Positions 49,600 to 61,697 of a DNA stretch of 64,000 nt are shown here, in pieces; the stretch's first letter is position 1; the number at the start of each line of letters is the position of its first letter. The notes under the pieces are model-generated. The model was given only the letters and a program-made list of their open reading frames with translations. It did no database searches and was not told the DNA's origin. Both the position numbers and the translations under genes were made by a program. The stretch comes from Malacoraja senta (Eukaryota). Where the stretch lies: the NCBI GenBank assembly GCA_038087875.1, contig CM075990.1:4900001-4964000 (forward strand), given 5' to 3'.

Positions 49600-51395
49600 A
49601 AATTTTTTTATTTTATTTATTTTAAAAATTTATTAGAAGTAAGTACGTTACATTTTGATGGTACCTTTTTACAGGTTCCCAGAATTATTAAAACATTTTA
49701 TGTACAACTTCCTTGTTTTTTTTTTTTTTAGAAAGAAATGAGAAAGAAAGAAGTAGTGAAGAGTAAAGAAAAGTCTAGTGAGTGAGAAGTAAAGAAAAGA
49801 AATAAGTAAGAAAGTGAAGCAAAAAGGAGATTCTCCCTCGCCACAAGTCGATGCTTTTTTATGTTCTTAATCATTTTTCGCCCAAACCCAGAATTTTTTA
49901 ATTTTACAATACTATTGCACCACATGAATCCACAAGGTCAATAAATGGAGACCAACTCGTTAAGAATTGGTCTTGTTTATCTATTAGGAGGAGTCTCATT
50001 TCTTCCAAGTGGGCAGTTTCCAACATATTACCAATCCACATTTTGAGTGTTGGTATAGTAGCATTTTTCCAAAATTTAAGTATGAGTTTTTTTGCTGTTA
50101 TTAAACCATAATTAAAAAATGAAATTTGGGATATATTTAATTTGTTTCCATCTCCTATTACTCCGAAGATAATCATTTCCATATTAGGTTCCATTTTTAT
50201 CTTAAATAAACTAGTAAATATATCAAATATATCACACCAAAATCCATGAAGTTTTGTGCAAGAAACGAAAGAATGTGTGATATTGGCATTTTGAGAAAGA
50301 CATTTATCACAGATGGGAGAAATATTTGAATACAATTTATTCAACCTAACTTTTGAATAATATAATCTATGTAATATTTTAAATTGAATTAAATTATGTC
50401 TAGCGTTAATCAAACATTTATGTATATATATCAAATACCTCTCCCATGTTTCTTTAGGAATTTTAATCATTAATTCTTTTTCCCAGTCTTCTCTAATCGC
50501 CTCTGTTGATGGCAATTCTCTATTAAGAATACTATTATATAAATATGATATTAATTTTTGTGAGTCCGCCTTAATATTCATTGCTTCTTCCAGTGGGTCT
50601 ATCATTATGCTCTGTAGTCTTGGTATATATTTTTTTATAAAGTCACATATCTAAATATTTAAAGTATTGGTTATTATTCAGATTAAATTTTGATTTTAAT
50701 TGTTGAAATGATAATAAATTTCCCATTTCATACATGTCACCCACCTTTTTAATTCCCAATCTTTCCCATTGTCTATATGTTTTATCCATAAAAGATGGTT
50801 TAAATACCGGATTATTCACTATTGGTGTTAATGATGATAAGTTCCTTAATTTTTAAGTTAATTTTATTTGTTTCCAAATTCGAATTATATTATGTATAAT
50901 TGGATTCTTCTTATATAATGTATTCAATTTTATCGGGGAGAAGAGGATCGCTCCTAAATCGTACGGAAAACAATCCTCTTTCTCCATTCTTATCCATTCC
51001 ATCTGTTGAGAAGGGCTGTCCAACCAATAAATGATATTCTTAATATGCACTGCCCAATAATAATATAAAAAATTAGGCAGTGCAAGTCCCCCTACATCTT
51101 TAGGTTTACACAGATGATTTCTTTTAATTCTATGTGCTTTATAGTCCCAAATAAAATTAGTAATATTAGATTCTAGTTCTTTAAAGAAATATTTTGGTAT
51201 ATATATTGGTATGGATTGAAATAAATATATTATTTGTGGTAGAACTATCATTTTTATAGCATTTATTCTGCCAATTAATGATAGTGGGAGCGATTTCCAA
51301 AATTTAATCAGAGCGTTCACATTATTTAATAAAGGACTAAAATTAGCATTAAATAATGATTTATATCTTCTCGTAACTTGAATACCTAAATATTA
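49600..51395 (-). mobile_element. 5'-truncated L1-clade LINE in a CUEDC2 intron (antisense)
   Basis: ORF2 C-terminal peptides LSLIGRINAIKM, GGLALPN...YYWA and the Cys/His knuckle CDKC...TH.F..C. AT-rich; 3' UTR with AATAAA and an A-rich tail. Confidence 0.9.
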
Positions 51396-51490
51396 AAATT
51401 TGTACTTGTATAGGATGTAGAATACAGTATATTTGGATTTTGCCTTTTATTGCATTGGAGCAGTATGGTCAATATTTTTTGCTTCTACAG

Positions 51491-51634
51491 TGTTATTGAT
51501 GAGGTCATCCTTTCGTACATCACGGGTGTGCTGGAGGAGCTTGGATCGCCAGACTCATCAGAAGAGAATTTTGATGTGGAAATGTTTGTTGAAATGATGG
51601 AGGCCTACATCCCAGGCTTTGCAAAAATAAGCAG
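51491..51634 (+). CDS. CUEDC2: CUEDC2 coding exon 2
   Basis: Acceptor ttttgcttctacag, donor AG|gtcagg. Encodes [47 protein letters not shown]. Confidence 0.95.
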
Positions 51635-52024
51635 GTCAGGAATTTTTTGTCATCATAATTGGTCTCTAGATCCCTGAAGTTTTTGTAGTAGAACTTAAAT
51701 GACAAAGGTGACTGACTGATGTGATTAACATTTAAATTAAGAGAAGTAAGGTCACAAATAAGGTATTATTTTCTTAAAGTGATTAAAAAAAATGCTGACT
51801 AATCTCTTAAAGACACAACCTCCAGAGATCATTGAAGAGTGATTAAAAATAGCATCAATGGTGGATTGAAGTACAGGAAGCAGGCATTAATGAACTTTGT
51901 CTGCTGTGCCTTAGTGGGTTGTATGTTTGCCCATAGGCCACACTGCTGGAGGTTTAGTCAAGAGTGTTTTATTGTCATATGTCCCAGATAGAACAATGAA
52001 ATTCTTACTTGTTTAAGTCCCATT

Positions 52025-52190
52025 TCAGTGCACTACTCCAGGAATGCTGCACATTCAGAGGTCCCACCTTTTTGATAAGATGTTAAGCTCAGGATCTATC
52101 TTCCTCTGGATGTAAAAGAAATCGGAATCGTTTTGAAGAAAGAGAAGTCTTTCCTGAACTTCTGACTAACATTTAGCCTTCCATCCATAC
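52025..52190 (+). mobile_element. Ancient DeuSINE-like (SacSINE1/AmnSINE1-related) remnant
   Basis: TGCTGCACA..AGAGGT...TTT..GAT.AGA.GTTAA...TGGA.GTAAAAGA...GAAGAA resembles the Deu domain as recalled; highly diverged. Confidence 0.45.
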
Positions 52191-53321
52191 TGGCTGGGAA
52201 GGGATTGGGAGCACCCTGAATTTGTGCAAGCCAATTTATATTTGGAACAAATGAGAGAAAACCATGTCCATTCTATATCGGGCAGACATCATTTATTATT
52301 AATCTGTGTTGTTATCACCAATCATGGATAAGGAAAGGCTCAGAGCAAAGTGAGACAAATGCAGGCAAGCGGGATCAGCTTAAATAGACATTTTGGTCAG
52401 CATGGGCAAGTTGGGCTGAAGGGCCTATTTCCGTGCTGTTTAATTCTGAATCTATGTATTTATGCTGCATGTACAAAATTGCTGAACGGTCAAGAAAGTA
52501 GGGTAATACTGTGCATGACTCTAAAGGTCTGCAGAGTGCTATGTAGGATTATCTATTACAAAAGCAAATAGAGTATTGGTACTGGGTTGTACTATGGGAA
52601 GATACAATCCAAAACAAAGGATTCTGCTGTCATTATGTAAAATATAGGTGCGGTAAATTCATCCAAAGTATTAGGCCTGAAATTAGATCACATGATTGTG
52701 AACTACTGTGTATGATCACAGCATACAATCTCTTAAACAATGTTAAGTGTACAAAATGGTAAGGAATAGTTAAGGATTTGTAATAACTATTCAATATACT
52801 TCGGTAGGCATCTTGTAGAAGAAGGGCAGTGAGTGCTGTGCATTTGTAATGTTGGGGAGTTTTCCTGTATATTTTTGTGACTGCCTTTTTCTTCTCTTGC
52901 ACTATTCGATATAAATCAATAGAATTTCAGTCCGTTTTTGATCTCCCATCTCTCCTGGTGACTTGCTACCTCACCAGGAGAGGAGAAGAGTTGACTGTAC
53001 ACAAAAATGCTGGAGAAACTCAGCGGGTGCAGCAGCATCTATGGAGCGAAGGAAATAGGCAACGTTTCGGGCCGAAACCCTTCTTCAGCCAATTCCCACC
53101 ACCCTTCTTCAGACTGCTTGTGCACATCTGAATGCTGGTTGTTCAGTAGAGTTAAGTAGTGCCTGAGAATCAGTCACTCATGCAGTGATCAAATCTGGAA
53201 CCTTGCAAGGTCTGTGGAGTTTGCCCATTTGTGAGATAAATTTGAGAATTAAAAAAAAGGCTTTCAAAAGTATCCATGTTAATGACATCAGATTAAAATG
53301 CAGCTTTTTAAATTTTTTCAG

Positions 53322-53383
53322 CATCACTATTTATGAGATGATGTTTGATTTGGCCGCACAGCTGATCGAAGCCCGTAACAAAG
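53322..53383 (+). CDS. CUEDC2: CUEDC2 coding exon 3 (gene continues, later exons not identified in the window)
   Basis: Acceptor ttttttcag, donor G|gtaagt. Encodes (S)ITIYEMMFDLAAQLIEARNK, matching the MM..L..QL..ARNK motif. Confidence 0.92.
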
Positions 53384-54416
53384 GTAAGTCCCAGGAACTG
53401 TGAGTGGGGCAGTTGTAGAAAGCAGAATGAACTGTTCAATGGTTCCTCCATCATGTGTACCAAGGAACTGTGAAATTATTTTTTTGCATACAGATACGTA
53501 AGATTATTGCCATACATAAGTAGAATAAGTATATAACATACAGAAATAGCCCACTGAGTCTATATGCAAGAGTTACTAGGCTTAGGCACCATTTCACAGT
53601 CCCAACTGCAGCTGGCCATAAAGGACTGTTGCAGCCATCGCCCTCATCTAGTCGTCCCCTGATCCGTCATCCCTCTCCTCACCTGACCATCTTCCACCTC
53701 CGTGCCCCATGGGCATCTCCTGCAATGACCTGGAGGGCGCGGAAGGCAAGACCCCCTTCTTACTGGCCTTTTGTCCCGTGTCCGCTGCCGTCGCCAATTC
53801 CCACCACCCTCCTCTCCGGTTCCTAGTCTTTGGGGGGGGGTCATGGGCCGGGCTTGGCCCCGAACACCGGAGAGGAGATCCATGCTAGTAGGTCTTATGT
53901 TTGATCTTTATCTATGCCAAATTGAATCATCTAGACTCTGTTAATAGTTTTGTGTGTTGCAAATATCGTCGGTGTCTGTTTCTCTTTCTCTTCTCCACTT
54001 ATGATGGTGTTTCTGATTGTTGTTCTGTGATTCTGCTGGGGCAGAATCTCTATCTGCCATATGCAGTGGGTAGTAAGTGAGAGAGAAGTATGCTCTTGTA
54101 AATGTCACTACTCCATGTGCAGGGGTGTTAACACCAACACTAATTCATCAACGCTGTATGTTTACTTGAGGCTATCCATCATGTTTATGGCCACTTTTAT
54201 TACTTGTATGTATTCCTATGGAAGCAATAATATGGTGACATTTCAAATAAATGTATGGCCTGGAATGACTGGAATGACATGAATGTCTAGGAAGCAAACC
54301 GTGGGAGGATTGAATAGACTGCATTTCGGCTCCCATCAGTTTTTCTGACAATTTTATACATTTCTGGGCGACAAATTCAGGAACTTTCAAAAGATCAAAT
54401 TTTACATTAAAATATA

Positions 54417-55225
54417 CAGTGCCCTCCATAGTGTTTGAGACAAAGACCCATCATTTATTTATTTGCCTCTGTACTCCACAATTAGAGATTTGTAATAGAA
54501 AAAAATCTCATGTGGTTAAAGTGCACATTGTCATATTTTAATAAAGGCCATATTTATACATTTTGGTTTCATCATGTAGAAATTACAGGAGTGTTTATCC
54601 ATAGTCCCCCCCCCCCCCCCCATTTCAGGGCACCATAATGTTTGGGACACAGCAATGTCATGTAAGTGAAAGTAGTCATGTTTAGTATTTTGTTGCATAT
54701 CCTTTGCATGCAATGACTGTTTGAAGTCTACGATTCATGGACATCACCAGTTGTTGGGTATCTTCTCTGGTGATGCTCTGCCAGGCCTGTATTGCATCCA
54801 TCTTTTGCTGATGCTTGTTTTGGGGGCTAGTCCATTTTAGTTTTCCCTTCAGCATATAAAAGGCATGCTCAATTGGGTTCAGATCGGGTGATTGACTTGG
54901 CCACTCAAGAATTTACCATTTTTTAGCTTTGAAAAACTCCTTTGTTGCTTTAGCAGTATGTTTGGGATCATTGTCTTGCTGTAGAATGAACTGCTGGCCA
55001 ATGAGTTTTGAGGCATTTGTCCAAACATTATGGTCCCCTGAAATGGGGGGACTTTGTATAAACACAGCTGTAATTTCTACATGGTGAAACCAAAATGTAT
55101 AAAATTCTGATAATGTGCACTTTAAGCACATGTGATTTTTTTTCTATTACAAATCTCAAATTGTGGAGGACAGAGACAAATAAATAAATGATGGGTCTTT
55201 GTCCCAAACCTTATGGAGGGCACTG
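54417..55225 (-). mobile_element. Internally deleted Tc1-like element
   Basis: TA|CAGTGCCCTCCATA...TATGGAGGGCACTG|TA termini, long imperfect TIRs, and a transposase remnant QQFILQQDNDPKHTAKATKEFFKAKKW. An extra partial TIR copy sits at about 55260-55311. Confidence 0.9.
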
Positions 55226-57166
55226 TAGTTGTGAACTTCATCTTTACGGCAACTTCCAAAACAAATAAATAAATGATGGGTCTTTGTCCGAAACATAATG
55301 AAGGGCACTATAGGGTTAAACTCTGCAGTAATTTGTATGTTTTAAAAAAAAAGTAGCAATTGAATTTGAGATTTTTGTACATAATTTACCATTAAATGTT
55401 TATACACTGTGCTAATCATATTTCAAATCCTGAACCTTCAAAGAAACAACAGCAGTAACTTAGAACATCTTTTTACTTAATTTCTGAGATGCCAACAGTT
55501 CAGTCTTCAGAATTGAGGGAGATTTCTCTCCACTGAGGGTTCAAAGATGACCAAAGAGTCTTATGCAGGATTCGTAGATTCTGCTAAAGTTGGGACAATT
55601 AGAGCTCCATAGAACAGGTTGATATGGGTGGTTTTGAATAATGGATGCTCTTTCCACTGTTTGTATTTGACTTCCATAAACTTGCATTGGAGAGATTTGA
55701 AGGACTTGCTGTGTTGCCATATGTCTCGTCAGTTTTGGGTTGGAGGTATTGGGGTGGTTTTAATTTGAAAGGTGCTTTAAAGACATTTTTCAAGCATTCG
55801 GGTGATAGTTATTGCACTTTCCAGGTGGTAATTATAGCACCTTTTGGAGAGTCTGTTTGGCCAATTAAGGGCGGCACAGTGGCGCAGCTGGTATAGCCGC
55901 TTCCTCACAACGCCAGAGACCCTGGTTCAATCCTGATCTTGGGTGCTCACTGTATGGAGTTTGCTCATTCTCCCTGTGACATATGGATTTGTCCCACATG
56001 CTGTGGTTTTCTTCCACATCTCAAAGATGTGCAGGTTTGTAGGTTAATTGGCCTCTGTAAACTGCCCCTAGCATGTAGGGAGTGGATGAGAAAATGGGAT
56101 AAGATAGAAATAGCGTGAACATGGATGGTGTGGACTCACTGAGCAGAAGAGCCTGTTTCCATGCTGGATCTCTGTACTAAATGGCTGTAGTGCATTTTAT
56201 AGATCAAACAAACTGCAGTCTGTAAACTGCAAACTGTGCTGGTAGTGAAATCTTAGAGTGGTAGATTGGGTGGCAATCAACAAGGTTCTTTGTTCTAGGT
56301 TGTACAGAGTATCTTCTGTTGGAGTTGCACATTTAGGTCGTGGCAGATTATGCTGTCACATTCCTGTCACATTCCTGTTCATGGTGCAAAGGCTGTGAGG
56401 AATTAGAGGATGGGTCACTCCTCGCAGAATATCCAGTTTCTGGCTGCTCATGTAGCAATAGAATTTACATGGTTGGTCCCACTGTTTCCGATCCCAGCAT
56501 GTTGTTAATGGGGATCTTGCCATTTGGAATTGAGTTGAACGTCTGCAGGAAATGCTTAGACTTTCTCTTGTTGGAGATTGTCACAGTCTGGTACCTGTGT
56601 TGTGTTAATGTTACACATATCAGTCCACATTTTTTTAATTGTCCAAGTCTTGCTGCATACGTGACTATTTTCTTCCTTGTTATCTAGGAGCTGTGATTAG
56701 AACGGCAGACTCCACAGTCACAAGCCAGTAATCCTCCTCCCGATATGAAGTGCAGGGGGTTGTTAATGAATGAGATGATTTTCCTTGGACACTCTTTAAG
56801 GAACTGCTATAACTTTAGTGGCACAGTGATATAGCTAGTGAACTTGTTACCATATAAATTCAGAGATCCAGGTTCAACGCTGACCTTGGGTGCTGTCTTT
56901 GTGGAGTTAGCCTGTGTTCCTTGAGATTGCATGGTTTTACTCCAGGTGCTTCGGTTTCCTCCCACATCCCAAAGATGTTTGCATTGGTAGGTTAATTAAT
57001 GTAAATTGCCCCTTGTATGTAGGTGAATGGTAGAATGTGAAGCATGATGGGAATGTGGTAGGAATCAAAATGAGGATGCAGCAGTAATTGATGTTAGTTC
57101 TGACTTTACACATGCAAGGGAAAGTCAAATCCCCCTCTGGATCAGTGACTGGATGGTCTAACCTAT

Positions 57167-57428
57167 CCTTGTACACCGGTCACTGAAAGTTGGTGTGCAG
57201 GTACAGCAGGCAGTGAAGAAAGCTAATGGAATGTTGGCCTTCATAACAAGAGGATTTCAGTATAGGAGTAAAGAGGTTCTTCTGCAGTTATATAGGGCTC
57301 TGGTGAGACCACATCTGGAGTATTGTGTACAGTTTTGGTCTCCTAATTTGAGGAAGGACATCCTTGTGATTGAGGCAGTGCAGCGTAGGTTCACGAGATT
57401 GATCCCTGGGATGGCGGGACTGTCATAT
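57167..57428 (+). mobile_element. CR1 internal fragment nearly identical to the Tc1-interrupted part of the downstream CR1
   Basis: Encodes VQQAVKKANGMLAFITRGFQYRSKEVLLQLYRALVRPHLEYCVQFWSP; contains the uninterrupted CAGTTATATAGGGCTC junction. Confidence 0.9.
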
Positions 57429-60080
57429 TACACCTTTCTTTGTACTTACACAGAAAATGTTCCTCCTCCTCCTGGCTTCCAAGACACTGTATGTTCTTTG
57501 AAGAAACAATCGAGCGATTGGGAACAGAGGTCATCGATGGAGTTGGAAAGCAATTTGGTGACAGGAGTAGGAGCCACGGCAAAGGTTCAGTATTCTACAG
57601 ATTATAATGGGTTTGGGTGGTTTTGACCAAAGCCTTGATTGCCGTGCTGGGGGCTTCAAATACTGAGGAAATGAAAGGAAAAGTTCAAATGCTAACTGTA
57701 GCAGGTTAAGGAGACCACTAAAGTAAATCATGCGGGAATCAACACAGGGCGTCTGTGGGTGCGTACATTTTGTGCTGTGTGGATGCAACGGAGGAAGCCT
57801 TAAAGTGCCCCAATGTAGAACATTTGTGGACATAAGACTAGGAGAGGTTTAGCCAGGAGGAAGCTGAGCAACACCTGGTAGATACTTACCATGGTAGTTT
57901 ACCCTTAATATTCAGGGTTATACATCGTATAGAAAAGACAGGCAGGTGGGCAGAGGAGGGGGGGTAGCTCTGCTGGTGAGGGATGGAATTCAGTCTCTTG
58001 CGAGGGAAGACATAGGGACTGACGAGGTAGAGTCACTGTGGATTGAGTTGAGGAATTGTAAAGGCAAGAAGACACTAATTGGTGTTATTTACAGACCCCC
58101 AAATAGTAGCCTGGATGTAGGGTGTAAGTTGCAGCAGGAGTTAAAACTGGCATGTAACAAAGGTAATGCCACTGTGGTGATGGGGGATTTCAATATGCAG
58201 GTAGACTGGGAAAATCAGGTTGGTTCAGGACCCCAAGAAAGAGAGTTTTTAGAATGCCTCCGAGATGGATTCTTACAGCAGCTTGTAATGGAGCCGACCA
58301 GAGAAAAGGCAATTCTGGATTTAGTGTTGTCCAATGAACCAGATATGATAAGAGAACTCGAGGTAAAGGAACCGCTTGGAGGTAGTGATCATAATATGAT
58401 TAGTTTTAACCTGCAATTTGGGAAGGAGAACGTTAAATCAGAAGTGGCAGTGATGCAGTTGAACAAAGGGGACTATGAAGGCATGAGAGGGGAGCTGGCC
58501 AAAGTAGACTGGAAAGGGATCCTAGCAGGAATGACGGTGGAACAGCAATGGCAGGAATTTCTGGGCATAATCCGGGAGACACAGGATAATTTCATTCCAA
58601 AAAGGAAGAAAGATTCTAAGGGGAGTAGGAGGCAACCGTGGCTGACAAGAGAAGTTAGGGATAGAATAAAACTAAAAGAAAAAATGTATAACACAGCAAA
58701 GAGTAGCCGGAAGCCAGAGGATTGGGAAACTTTCATAGGACAACAGAAGGAAACAAAACGGGCAATAAGGGCTGAAAAGATGAAGTACGAGGGGAAGCTG
58801 GCCAGGAATATAAAGAAGCTTCTTTAGATATGTTAAGGGAAAAAGAGTAGCAAAGTCAAATGTGGGTCCCTTGAAGGCAGACACGGGTGAAATTATTATG
58901 GGCAACAAGGAAATGGCAGAAGAGTTGAATAGGTACTTCGGATCTGTCTTCACTAAGGAAGACACAAACAATCTCCCAGATGTACTGGAGGATAGAGGAT
59001 CTAAGGGGGTAGAGGAACTGAAATAAATTTTCATTAGGCGAGAAATAGTATTGGGTAGGCTAATGGGACTGAAGGATGATAAATCCCCTGGGCCTGATGG
59101 CCTGCGTCCCAGGGTCCTCAGGGAGGTGGCTCTAGAAATAGTGGACGCATTGGTGATCATTTTCCAATGTTCAATAGATTCAGGATCAGTTCCTGTGGAT
59201 TGGAGGATAGCTAATGTTATCCCACTTTTCAAGAAAGGAACGAGAGAGAAAACGGGGAATTATAGACCAGTTAGCCTGACTTCGGTGGTGGGAAAGATGC
59301 TGGAGTCAATTATTAAAGAGGTAATAATGGGGCATTTGGATAGTGGTAAAAGGATTAGTCCAAGTCAACATGGATTTATGAAAGGGAAATCGTGCTTGAC
59401 TAATCTTCTGGAATTTTTTTGAGGATGTGACAAGTAAAATGGATGCAGGGGTGCCAGTGGATGTAGTGTATCTAGACTTTCAGAAAGCCTTTGATAAGGT
59501 CCCGCATGGGAGACTGGTGACTAAAATTAGAGCACATGGTATTGGAGGTGGGTGTTGACATGGATAGAAAATTGGTTGGCAGACCGGAAGCAAAGATTAG
59601 GAGTGAATGGGTCCTTTTTAGAATGGCAGGCAGTGGCGAGTGGAGTGCCGCAAGGCTCGGTGTTGGGGCCGCAACTGTTTACCATATATATTAATGATTT
59701 GGAAGAGGGAATTAGGAGCAACACTAGCAAGTTTGCGGATGACACAAAGCTGGGTGGCAGTGTGAACTGTGAAGAGGATGTTAGGAGGTTGCCGGGTGAC
59801 CTGGACAGGTTGAGTGAGTGGGCAGATGCATGGCAGATGCAGTATAATACAGATAAATGTGAGGTTATCCACTTTGGCGGCAAAAACAAGGGGTCAGATT
59901 ATTATCTCAATGGGGTTAGGTTAGGTAAGGGGGAGGTACAGCGAGACCTGGGTGTCCTTGTACACCGGTCACTGAAAGTTGGCGTGCAGGTACAGCAGGC
60001 AGTGAAGAAAGCTAATGGAATGTTGGCCTTCATAACAAGAGGATTTCAGTATAGGAGTAAAGAGGTTCTGCAGTTATATA

Positions 60081-61697
60081 CAGTGGCTTGCAAAAGTATT
60101 CATACCCCTTGAACTTTTCCACATTTTGTCACGTTACAACCACAAATGTAAATGTATTTTATTGGGATTTTATGTAATAGACCAACACAAAGTGGTGCAT
60201 AATTGTGAAGTGGAAGGAAAATGATACATGGTTTTCAAATTTTTTTACAAATAAAAAACTGAAAAGTGTGGCGTGCAAAAGTATTCAGCCCCCCTGAGTC
60301 AATATTTTGTAGAACCACCTTTTGCTGCAATTACAGCTGCAAGTCTTTTGGGGTACGTCTCTACCAGCTTTGCACATCTAGAGACTGAAATTTTTGCCCA
60401 TTCTTCTCTGCAAAATAGCTCAAGCTCAGTCAGATTGGATGGCTAGCGTCTGTGAACAGCAATTTTCAAGTCTTGCCAGAGAGTCTCAATTGGATTTAGG
60501 TCTGGACTTTGACTGGGCCATTCTAACACATGAATATGCTTTGATCTAAACCATTCCATTGTAGCTCTGGCTGTATGTTTAGGGTCATTGTCCTGCTGGC
60601 AGGTGAACCTCCGCCACAGTCTCAAGTCTTTTGCAGACTCTAACAGGTTTTCTTCCAAGATTGCCCTGTATTTGGCTCCATCCATCTTCCCATCAACTCT
60701 GACAAGCTTCCCTGTCCCTGCTGAAGAAAAGCATCCCCACAGCATGATGCTGCCACCACCATGTTTCACAGTGGGGATGGTGTGTTCAGGGTGATGTGCA
60801 GTGTTAGTTTTCCGCCAAACATAGCGTTTTGCATTTAGGCCAAAAACTTCAATTTTGGTCTCATCTGACCAGAGCACCTTCCTCCACATGTTTGCTGTGT
60901 CCCCCACATGGCTTGTGGCAAACTGCAAACGGGACTTCTTATGGCTTTTTTTCAACAATGGCTTTCTTCTTGCCGCTCTTCCATAAAGGGCCGATTTGTG
61001 GAGTGCACGACTAATAGTTGTCCTGTGGACAGATTCTCCCACCTGAGCTGTGGATCTCTGCAGCTCCTCCAGAGTTACCATGGGCCTCTTGGCTGCTTCT
61101 CTGATCAATGCTCTCCTTGCCCGGCCTGTCAGTTTAGGTGGACGGCCATGTCTTGGTAGGTTTGCAGTTGTGCCATACTCTTTCCATTTTCGGAAGATGG
61201 TTTGAACAGTGCTCCGTGAGATGTTCAAAGCTTGGGATATTTTTTTATAACCTAACCCTGCTTTAAACATCTCCACAACTTTATCCCTGACCTGTCTGGT
61301 GTGTTCCTTGGGCTTCATGATGCTATTTGATCACTAATGTTCTCTAACAAACCTCTGAGGCCTTCACAGAACAGCTGTATTTATACTGAGATTAGATTAC
61401 ACACAAGTGGACTCTATTTACTAATTAGGTGACTTCTGAAGGCGATTGGTTGCACTGGATTTTATTTAGGGGTATCAGAGTAAAGGGGGCTGAATACTTT
61501 TGCACGCCACACTTTTCAGTTTTTTATTTGTAAAAAAAATTGAAAACCATGTATCATTTTCCTTCCACTTCACAATTATGCGCCACTTTGTGTTGGTCTA
61601 TCACATAAAATCCCAATAAAATACATTTACGTTTGTGGTTGTAACGTGACAAAATATGGAAAAGTTCAAGGGGTATGAATACTTTTGCAAGCCACTG
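60081..61697 (-). mobile_element. Tc1-family DNA transposon, IR/DR type, full length (1617 bp)
   Basis: About 213-bp TIRs (60081-60293 and 61485-61697) starting CAGTGGCTTGCAAAAGTATTCA, with an inner repeat GCAAAAGTATTCAGCCCC. TA on the left flank, TC on the right. Inserted in a CR1. Confidence 0.97.
60299..61318 (-). pseudogene. Tc1 DD34E transposase, 339-codon frame with a single in-frame TAG at 60443-60445
   Basis: Paired-like HTH N-terminus, GRPPK motif, WSDETK, QQDNDPKH and SPDLNPIE (34 residues between the second D and E). The frame continues past the TAG as PSNLTELELFCREEWAKI...KGGSTKY*. Confidence 0.95.

Noticed and set aside
57946..60112. CR1 as an active autonomous LINE
   Set aside because: ORF2 is broken by frameshifts, stops and the Tc1 insertion, and the 5' end is missing.
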